From a virus (taxonomy: Duplodnaviria > Heunggongvirae > Uroviricota > Caudoviricetes), in the IMG/VR virus record IMGVR_UViG_2639762987_000006: a DNA stretch of 5,345 bases; one strand, given 5' to 3'. Made by a program: the position numbers and the translations under genes. Positions 1-5,104 of this stretch are shown here, one piece after another (positions within the stretch are counted from its first letter, which is position 1; every line of letters begins with the position of its first letter). The notes under the pieces are model-generated. The model did no database searches, was not told the DNA's origin, and was given only the letters and a program-made list of their open reading frames with translations.

Positions 1-229
1 GACGATGACTACTTCATCAACTGGGATGAGTTTTCGCTGCTCCTTTTCCAGCTTGATCCTTTCATTTTCAGACTGGTACCAGTCCTTTCTCTCTTTCGGC
101 TCCATACGGGATGGATCATGAACAGAGTCTGCTGCCTCATGCTTCACACTAAACAGGGCGGGCCCGACATGCTGCAGGGCGTAAACGGGGTTCCCCCTGA
201 CAGTCGCAGCCACAGGAGTGTTGGCCGCG
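1..229 (-). CDS. Partial hypothetical ORF, truncated by the window edge on one side and the N run on the other. Reading frame is open across 1..229 on the minus strand (…AANTPVAATVRGNPVYALQHVGPALFSVKHEAADSVHDPSRMEPKERKDWYQSENERIKLEKEQRKLIPVDEVVIV…); product not recognised
   Basis: Hand translation of the minus strand shows a stop-free frame with protein-like composition across the whole segment. It differs from both tracked ORFs that span the N run. No start or stop is visible, so the boundaries are unknown. Confidence 0.3.
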
Positions 230-290
230 NNNNNNNNNNNNNNNNNNNNNNNNNNNNNNNNNNNNNNNNNNNNNNNNNNNNNNNNNNNNN
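230..290. other. Run of 61 ambiguous bases (N): assembly or scaffold gap
   Basis: Direct reading of the sequence; the true length of the gap is unknown. Confidence 0.99.
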
Positions 291-650
291 TTTAATTATC
301 AATAAATTACCAAACATGCTGCCGCCGCCATGGAAATGCAAAAACTAGTCTTTTTCCGCGACGCTCCCGCCCCGTGGCAGGGCCCCTCACTGGTAGGACC
401 CGACAGCCTGACAACCGTGACGAGCATCTGAAACAGAGCTTTACATAATGGCATGGGGATAATTCAGAAGGACATCACAGCATGCCCACACAAATTAGTG
501 TGAGTGTCCTGTTTCTTACTACGCGCAGGACTGACGAGCATGAGGGGAAAATACGAGAACCGAAATGCCTTATCTTCAGAAATGCAGCCAGCATCCGAAC
601 TGGACGATATTGTAAATTCACCTAAATACGAGGCATTGCTGTAGTTGAAT

Positions 651-702
651 TACAGTACTGTATTAGCCTGACAGTGACAGAATACGATATTGACTCTGTC
701 AC
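651..702. repeat. Perfect 12-bp palindrome TACAGTACTGTA (651..662), followed by a tandem TGACAG TGACAG (669..680) and an 8-bp inverted repeat AGTGACAG (673..680) / CTGTCACT (695..702) separated by 14 nt
   Basis: Seen directly in the sequence. It lies in non-coding DNA about 40 nt downstream of the 739..945 minus-strand ORF. It could be a protein-binding site or an RNA stem-loop. Confidence 0.4.
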
Positions 703-738
703 TTGTGAAATGGTCAGAATGGTTAGCAGTTATGGTGA

Positions 739-945
739 TCAATCAACCACCAGGGAATAATCCTTCGTATTCTTATCGTGCTTCACTAACGCTGCCTCAA
801 TTGCCCTGAATGCTTCCAGAGATACTTGATGTTCTATACATGCAATTATAACATCCGGGTAACTCATCGAAATGGTGCTATTAAGCATAGTTTTTACACG
901 AACCTGCTCTTGGGAGGGGGCCTCAGTACATTGATCTTTATGCAT
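739..945 (-). CDS. Hypothetical small protein, 68 aa; function unknown
   Basis: Tracked ORF. The ATG at 945 is preceded by GGAG with a 7-nt spacer (minus strand: ggagcgacaaaATG). Internal in-frame ATGs at 888 and 867 lack a Shine-Dalgarno sequence. No family recognised by eye. Confidence 0.4.
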   Translation of the reverse strand: MHKDQCTEAPSQEQVRVKTMLNSTISMSYPDVIIACIEHQVSLEAFRAIEAALVKHDKNTKDYSLVVD

Positions 946-1129
946 TTTGTCGCTCCATGCGTTTGTTCTTCACTTGTCGCTAAAAATATAACTTCAAATC
1001 TTTGAGCGTGGAAGTGTGGAAGTCACTGCGCGTTGATCTTGCATACATCGGTCGTTTGTTTCCCACCTGGCATATCAGAAAAACCAGGTTTTATAGCGGA
1101 ATCAATACTATGTATTTTCCACCTGACTT

Positions 1130-1159
1130 TTGACATAAATCATCAATAAAACATATAAA
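1130..1159 (+). promoter_or_regulatory. Candidate sigma70 promoter for the DUF1398-like gene: -35 TTGACA (1130..1135), 18-nt spacer, -10 TATAAA (1154..1159)
   Basis: Read directly from the sequence: perfect -35 hexamer and a 5/6 match at -10 in an AT-rich region, about 70 nt upstream of the ATG at 1233. Confidence 0.35.
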
Positions 1160-1232
1160 GGTCAGACCAGATTGAAACGATAAAAACGATCTTGCAAACT
1201 ACGTGCCCTCATACCATATGGAAGGTTTATCT

Positions 1233-1643
1233 ATGGATCAGGTAGTCATTTTTAAACAAATATTTGATAAAGTTCGAAACGATTTAAACTATCAATGGTT
1301 TTATTCTGAGCTAAAACGTCACAATGTCTCACATTACATTTACTATTTAGCTACAGATAATGTTCATATTGTATTAAAAAATGATAATACAGTGTTATTA
1401 AAGGGCCTAAAAAACATTGTGTCTGTCAAATTTTCAAAGGATAGGCATCTTATAGAAACGACCGCTAATAAGCTGAAATCCAGTGAGATCACATTTCAGG
1501 AATACAGAAGAAACCTTGCTAAAGCAGGAGTTTTTCGGTGGGTTACAAATATCCACGAACAAAAAAGATATTACTATACCTTTGATAATTCATTACTCTT
1601 TACTGAAAACATACAGAGCACATCACAAATATTTCCACACTAA
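1233..1643 (+). CDS. ydfO: DUF1398-family protein (YdfO/YbcV-like prophage protein), 136 aa; function unknown
   Basis: The tracked ORF (1203..1643) was trimmed to the ATG at 1233, which has GGAAGG 7 nt upstream; the product then begins [23 protein letters not shown]… Its sequence and 136-aa length match my recollection of the E. coli K-12 prophage proteins YdfO (Qin) and YbcV (DLP12), which lie beside lysis cassettes. The gene is visibly AT-rich compared with the lysis genes. Identity is from memory and needs a database check. Confidence 0.7.
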   Translation: MDQVVIFKQIFDKVRNDLNYQWFYSELKRHNVSHYIYYLATDNVHIVLKNDNTVLLKGLKNIVSVKFSKDRHLIETTANKLKSSEITFQEYRRNLAKAGVFRWVTNIHEQKRYYYTFDNSLLFTENIQSTSQIFPH

Positions 1644-1651
1644 ACCATAAC

Positions 1652-1680
1652 GTCCGGTTTTTTCTACCCCAGCACCGGAC
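1652..1680. repeat. 7-bp inverted repeat GTCCGGT (1652..1658) / ACCGGAC (1674..1680) with a 15-nt T-rich loop, immediately downstream of the DUF1398 gene
   Basis: Seen in the sequence. The T-tract lies in the loop rather than 3' of the stem, so it is not a canonical intrinsic terminator. Confidence 0.3.
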
Positions 1681-1962
1681 TGGCTGACATAAAGAGCAAC
1701 CCCACGTTAAGTTGACGCGTTAATAACCCGGTGTACATCGTTTTTGATTATTCCCCCACACTCGCGCAGAAGGAGTTCCCCGTCAGGCTACAGTCATAAT
1801 TAATGCAAGAGTACAGCGACGATACAGCGCACAGAAATAAATCAGGTATCCATTGACTTCACAAAGACGGTGCATAGCATCGACAGGAGTAATTGCGTAA
1901 ATTGAACTCTTGGCACACTTTAGCCACAGGCGAATCTTCAGCGGATTATCCTTGGCCGGTTT

Positions 1963-2427
1963 TTATCTGAGGCATTGCTCTCGAATGTATAGCTGTGCCC
2001 CTTCAAGTTGTTTTTGCATTATTATCAGTCGCGCTCTGAGGGTGAAATAATCCCGTTCAGCGGTGTCTGCCAGTCGGGGGGAGGCTGCATTATCCACGCC
2101 GGAGGCGGTGGTGGCTTCACGCACTGACTGACAGACTGCTTTGATGTGCAACCGACGACGACCAGCGGCAACATCATCACGCAGAGCATCATTTTCAGCT
2201 TTCGCATCAGCTAACTCCTTCGTGTATTTTGCATCGAGCGCAGCAACATCACGCTGACGCATCTGCATGTCAGTAATTGCCGCGTTCGCCAGCTTCAGTT
2301 CTCTGACATTTTTGTCGCGCTGGGCTTTGTAGGTAATGGCGTTATCACGGTAATGATTCAGCCCCAGACTAAGCGCACCACAGGCCGCCAGCAGGGCAAT
2401 GATGACCACGCACAGTACGCGGTTCAT
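1963..2427 (-). CDS. Rz: Rz, spanin inner-membrane subunit (i-spanin), lambda type, 154 aa
   Basis: Tracked ORF. Its translation (…[18 protein letters not shown]…[82 protein letters not shown]…) closely matches lambda Rz as I remember it. It has an N-terminal transmembrane segment, and a second gene is embedded in its +1 frame. Confidence 0.9.
   Translation of the reverse strand: MNRVLCVVIIALLAACGALSLGLNHYRDNAITYKAQRDKNVRELKLANAAITDMQMRQRDVAALDAKYTKELADAKAENDALRDDVAAGRRRLHIKAVCQSVREATTASGVDNAASPRLADTAERDYFTLRARLIIMQKQLEGAQLYIREQCLR
2025..2207 (-). CDS. Rz1: Rz1, spanin outer-membrane lipoprotein subunit (o-spanin), 60 aa, wholly embedded in the +1 frame of Rz
   Basis: Tracked [63 protein letters not shown]. 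It has a lipoprotein signal with lipobox VVGC, a proline-rich mature part, and a strong Shine-Dalgarno sequence (AGGAG, 7-nt spacer) inside Rz. This matches lambda Rz1. Confidence 0.88.
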   Translation of the reverse strand: MRKLKMMLCVMMLPLVVVGCTSKQSVSQCVKPPPPPAWIMQPPPDWQTPLNGIISPSERD

Positions 2428-2428
2428 T

Positions 2429-2527
2429 TCACCACCAGCGTATCTGACCGATGAAATAACCGGAGGCCATAATCACAAACACCAGCCAGATAAGAATGAA
2501 CTTCCAGGTGGATAATTTTTCAGCCAT
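2429..2527 (-). CDS. Candidate small membrane peptide, 32 aa ([32 protein letters not shown]), translationally coupled to Rz
   Basis: Hand translation; the ORF is below the size cutoff of the supplied track. It has an ATG start (2525..2527), GGGAGA 8 nt upstream, and one predicted transmembrane helix flanked by Trp. Its TGA stop (2429..2431) is one nucleotide from the Rz ATG (minus strand: TGAaATG). Whether it is expressed is unproven. Confidence 0.35.
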   Translation of the reverse strand: MAEKLSTWKFILIWLVFVIMASGYFIGQIRWW

Positions 2528-2602
2528 CACTCGAATCTCCCGAATCAGTTTGCTAAAATCAAACACACTTTCTCCTTTGACTTTTCCGGAGTCAGGAAAC
2601 AC

Positions 2603-2636
2603 AAAACCCCGCTTGGTGCCAACAAACGGGGTTTTT
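2603..2636 (-). terminator. Terminator-like GC-rich hairpin (stem CCCCG 2607..2611 / CGGGG 2627..2631, extended by A·T pairs) with T-tracts on both sides, lying between the endolysin and Rz
   Basis: Seen in the sequence. On the minus strand it follows the endolysin stop by about 90 nt and is followed by TTTTGTGTTT; on the plus strand it is followed by TTTTTACTTTT. It could terminate in either direction or act as an attenuator. Confidence 0.4.
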
Positions 2637-2725
2637 ACTTTTATTCACTTACGTTTCGCCAGTTCGCAGGATTTCATGTTATCCGCCCGCGTGGCCATGC
2701 CTTATTTTTCAGCAAAATATTCTGC

Positions 2726-3259
2726 TTATCTGTCGATACCCCAGCACGCCAGCGCGCTCTCCTGGTCACGACGGGATACCTGACCGTAGCAGTTGTTTGA
2801 ACGAATACGGCAGTCTCTGCCACCGTCCTTAATCCACCAGCGAATCGCCTCACACGCTCCCCTGCGATCACCTGCATTAATTCGTTTATAAAACGTCGAC
2901 GGGAAACACTTACTGGGACCAATGTTGTACGGACAGAATGACGCGATCCCCGCTTTCTGGGGTTCGCTCAATGGCACTTTGATGTTTTTCTCCACCCATG
3001 CCAGCGCCTTATCACGCTCAATGGCGTTGACCTGGTCGCATTTTTCCTTCGACAGTTTCATACCGGGAAAAACGGGTTTTCCATCCACCATCGTGGCCCC
3101 CCGACAGATGGTCCAGATGCCGGAACCATCGCGGTATGCCGTTGTGTGGTTACCCTCTTTTTCGTCCAGAAACTGGTCAAGTATCTGAGGAGCAGACGCG
3201 CCTGCAGCAATCAGCGCCAGAACAGCAGCTGACAGGGCGTATTTGATTTTTGCGCTCAT
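2726..3259 (-). CDS. R: Phage endolysin of the T4-lysozyme type (glycoside hydrolase family 24), 177 aa, with an N-terminal SAR or signal segment (RrrQ-like)
   Basis: Tracked ORF. The catalytic triad spacing E-x8-D-x5-T in …DEKEGNHTTAYRDGSGIWT… is that of T4 lysozyme. The N-terminus MSAKIKYALSAAVLALIAAGASAP is a weakly hydrophobic Ala/Gly-rich segment. It pairs with an S21-type pinholin upstream. Length and sequence match my recollection of E. coli prophage lysozyme RrrQ. Confidence 0.9.
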   Translation of the reverse strand: MSAKIKYALSAAVLALIAAGASAPQILDQFLDEKEGNHTTAYRDGSGIWTICRGATMVDGKPVFPGMKLSKEKCDQVNAIERDKALAWVEKNIKVPLSEPQKAGIASFCPYNIGPSKCFPSTFYKRINAGDRRGACEAIRWWIKDGGRDCRIRSNNCYGQVSRRDQESALACWGIDR

Positions 3260-3314
3260 GGATATTTATCAGGATGCTACCAATGAAAGATACCGGAAAG
3301 CCAACTGCAAAAAG

Positions 3315-3629
3315 CTAACAACCCGTAATCGAGTTATCAGAACTGTTAATTTTTATGGTATACCGCGCCTCTGAACAGGGGCGCGTTTCTGGCAACAGCT
3401 CGTCCCCTTCACATAACCCGGCAGCAACATCCAGGAAGACCTGTCTGATGCTCCTTCTGGCTGCTGCCTCATAAAACTCCAGCGCGGCACCTTCAACACG
3501 GTCCAGCGAGATGTCCAGGTCAAAAATTTCACCGTCAAAGCGTTCTTTGTCCCGTAACGCTAAAGTTACCGTAACTTTATTCTCAAAATTGCGGATCCCT
3601 TTCACAATCAGTTCATATTTTTGAGTCAT
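3315..3629 (-). CDS. ydfR: DUF1327-family protein (YdfR-like), 104 aa, lying between holin and endolysin; function unknown
   Basis: Tracked ORF. Its ATG at 3629 is 4 nt after the holin stop, with GGAGAG upstream. It has no signal peptide or transmembrane segment. Position and sequence match my recollection of YdfR in the Qin prophage lysis cluster. Confidence 0.75.
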   Translation of the reverse strand: MTQKYELIVKGIRNFENKVTVTLALRDKERFDGEIFDLDISLDRVEGAALEFYEAAARRSIRQVFLDVAAGLCEGDELLPETRPCSEARYTIKINSSDNSITGC

Positions 3630-3633
3630 TGAA

Positions 3634-3849
3634 TTACTCTCCCCGTGCAGCCTTACGCTTGTCTTCTTTAATCTTGAAATAAAGGTTTGTCAGGTACGTC
3701 AGCAGGCCAAATACCAGGCTACCCAGCACACCTATTGCTGCCCACTGTGAGGGCGTGACTTTATCGAGCAGCTGTAAAAACCAGTAGCCAGCACTGCCTG
3801 CGGAGGTGCCGTAGGCAATGCCTGTTGAAATTTTGTCCATGGATTTCAT
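3634..3849 (-). CDS. S: Class II holin / pinholin of the phage 21 S type, 71 aa, with a dual-start motif
   Basis: The tracked ORF (3634..3906) was trimmed to the ATG at 3849, which has GAGGTGAGG 5–6 nt upstream. The product [71 protein letters not shown] has two transmembrane segments and a basic C-terminus, and closely matches phage 21 S21 / EssD / EssQ as I remember them. The starts at Met1 and Met4 (MKSM) would give the antiholin and holin forms. Confidence 0.88.
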   Translation of the reverse strand: MKSMDKISTGIAYGTSAGSAGYWFLQLLDKVTPSQWAAIGVLGSLVFGLLTYLTNLYFKIKEDKRKAARGE

Positions 3850-3949
3850 AGCCTCACCTCCGCACGGAACGGATGGCATAGTTATTATGTGTAGGCTTCC
3901 AGACACATCAATCGGAGCCTTAATTGATATATATGCTGGAGACGATGCA

Positions 3950-3975
3950 ATATAAAAAGCTCGCCGTAGCGAGCT
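3950..3975 (-). terminator. Rho-independent terminator on the minus strand: stem GCTCGC (3959..3964) / GCGAGC (3969..3974), loop CGTA, followed on the minus strand by TTTTTATATT
   Basis: Seen in the sequence. The perfect 6-bp GC-rich stem with a U-tract is canonical on the minus strand only. It lies between the lipoprotein genes and the holin. Confidence 0.55.
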
Positions 3976-4100
3976 AATAAAATGTATTTCTCTGATATTA
4001 TGTTTATTTGTATTAGCTCAGACTTGACATCACAGGTTTCGTATATAGAACATCATCAAATCTGTCAGTTTGCTATGAATGAGATATAGTAATTGAAGAG

Positions 4101-4496
4101 CTAACCTCGCATGTCAAAGCCAGATTTCTGAAAATCTCTGTAGACTTCCGGATTGTTGAAGGCCGGAAATTTGGCTTTATGAGCTGCGGACTTTATCGCT
4201 TCGCAATAGGCTTTATCACCGTTACTGGTAGATATTTTTAACGCCGTGCCATCCTGAGAGAATTCCATATGCAACCTGCATTTTTTCCCTTTCCAGTTAT
4301 GCGGCTCATCAAGTTTGGCATTAATTGCAGCTCTGATTCCCCGCGCTTGCGCCCCCCATTCATCCTGATCATCCCAGCGTCCTGAACTGCAACTACCTGT
4401 AGCAGTAGTTTTGTGGCAATCTGAAGGGTGTAAAGGTGTGCATCCCGCAACAAAACCGACCCAAAAAGTCAACATAACGATTTTCTTTAATCCCAC
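4101..4496 (-). CDS. Lipoprotein with a divergent TolA C-terminal (domain III)-like domain, 131 aa precursor
   Basis: Tracked ORF with a GTG start at 4496 (GAGGAG 6 nt upstream). The signal peptide MGLKKIVMLTFWVGFVAGC carries lipobox VAGC, and Thr at +2 predicts outer-membrane sorting. The C-terminal half (…KKCRLHMEF…GDKAYCEAIKSAAHKAKFPAFNNPEVYRDFQ…) shares its Cys pair and PEVY…FQ motif with the neighbouring TolA-III-like paralog. Confidence 0.75.
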   Translation of the reverse strand: MGLKKIVMLTFWVGFVAGCTPLHPSDCHKTTATGSCSSGRWDDQDEWGAQARGIRAAINAKLDEPHNWKGKKCRLHMEFSQDGTALKISTSNGDKAYCEAIKSAAHKAKFPAFNNPEVYRDFQKSGFDMRG

Positions 4497-4646
4497 TTCT
4501 TGCTCCTCAATCCATTAAAATCTCAGCAATAGTAGTTGTTACGTCCGCCACTGGCTCAGAGTTGACTATCCGCTAAATTTAGCTCAGTGCCGTAGTTGTG
4601 TCAGAACAAACCTAAGCCGAAACCGTTTATTACAAAACAATAAATA

Positions 4647-5075
4647 TCAGGGTTTAAAATCCAGCACCCCATTTTGAAATACTTTATATACTTCCGGCGA
4701 AGGGGGGGCAGGTATATCAGCATTCTTTATCGCATTCATCGCTTCACGACATAAATCGAGGTCTCCACTTTCTCTTTTAACCTCCAGTAGAAGGCCATTC
4801 GGGGCCATATGCATTCTCAGTGTACACTCTTTTCCTGAATACTTACTCGCATCCCCGAACTGTTTTTCGATGGCGCTCTTGATTTGATGGGCATACAGAC
4901 GGATATCCTCACTAACATCAGAAGTACGTTCAGATGAACTCACATACTGTGTCTCTATTGCTTTATCGGAGTAATATGATGTACGGTCATGATAATTTGT
5001 CGATACAGCATCAGTGCACCCGATAATAATCCCACTAATAATCAACGTAAGAATTGATGCGCTACGAAAACCCAT
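4647..5075 (-). CDS. Lipoprotein carrying a TolA C-terminal domain III homolog, 142 aa precursor
   Basis: Tracked ORF with an ATG at 5075 (GAGGA 5 nt upstream). The signal peptide MGFRSASILTLIISGIIIGC carries lipobox IIGC, followed by a Ser/Thr-rich linker. The C-terminal ~85 aa (…QIKSAIEKQFGDASKYSGKECTLRMHMAPNGLLLEVKRESGDLDLCREAMNAIKNADIPAPPSPEVYKVFQNGVLDFKP) aligns closely with the C-terminus of E. coli TolA as I remember it (…QIKSAIESKFYDASSYAGKTCTLRIKLAPDGMLLDIKPEGGDPALCQAALAAAKLAKIPKPPSQAVYEVFKNAPLDFKP). Confidence 0.8.
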   Translation of the reverse strand: MGFRSASILTLIISGIIIGCTDAVSTNYHDRTSYYSDKAIETQYVSSSERTSDVSEDIRLYAHQIKSAIEKQFGDASKYSGKECTLRMHMAPNGLLLEVKRESGDLDLCREAMNAIKNADIPAPPSPEVYKVFQNGVLDFKP

Positions 5076-5104
5076 TTTTCCTCACATATGTCATATAGTA
5101 AAGG

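Noticed and set aside
118-348. Tracked ORFs 118..348 (+) and 144..341 (-), each with a run of X in the translation
   Set aside because: Both read through the 61-nt N run (230..290). The X residues are translated ambiguity, so these are artefacts of the gap, not supported genes.
482-625. Possible ~47-codon plus-strand ORF (MPTQISVSVLFLTTRR…) in the 291..738 intergenic stretch
   Set aside because: Short, with a weak and distant Shine-Dalgarno sequence, odd composition and no recognisable family; not distinguishable from a chance ORF.
291-740. Search for a cos site or terminase start, as expected downstream of Rz in lambda-like genomes
   Set aside because: No lambda-like cos sequence and no terminase-like ORF were found. 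The region is non-coding on the supplied track, and the gene order here (DUF1398 cargo convergent on Rz) does not follow lambda.
2645-2698. 17-codon minus-strand ORF (MATRADNMKSCELAKRK) just downstream of the endolysin
   Set aside because: Too short, no convincing ribosome-binding site, hydrophilic with no motif; treated as chance.
2496-3188. Tracked ORFs 2496..2783 (+), 2674..2922 (-) and 2922..3188 (+)
   Set aside because: They overlap or lie antisense to the well-supported endolysin gene and the hairpin spacer, lack a ribosome-binding site and have low-complexity, non-protein-like composition. Most likely shadow ORFs.
3353-3538. Tracked ORF 3353..3538 (-), 61 aa
   Set aside because: Lies entirely inside the DUF1327/YdfR-like gene in a different frame; the YdfR-like frame has the ribosome-binding site and a coherent sequence.
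4238-4453. Tracked ORF 4238..4453 (-), 71 aa
   Set aside because: An alternative frame inside the TolA-like lipoprotein gene 4101..4496, with no signal or motif of its own.
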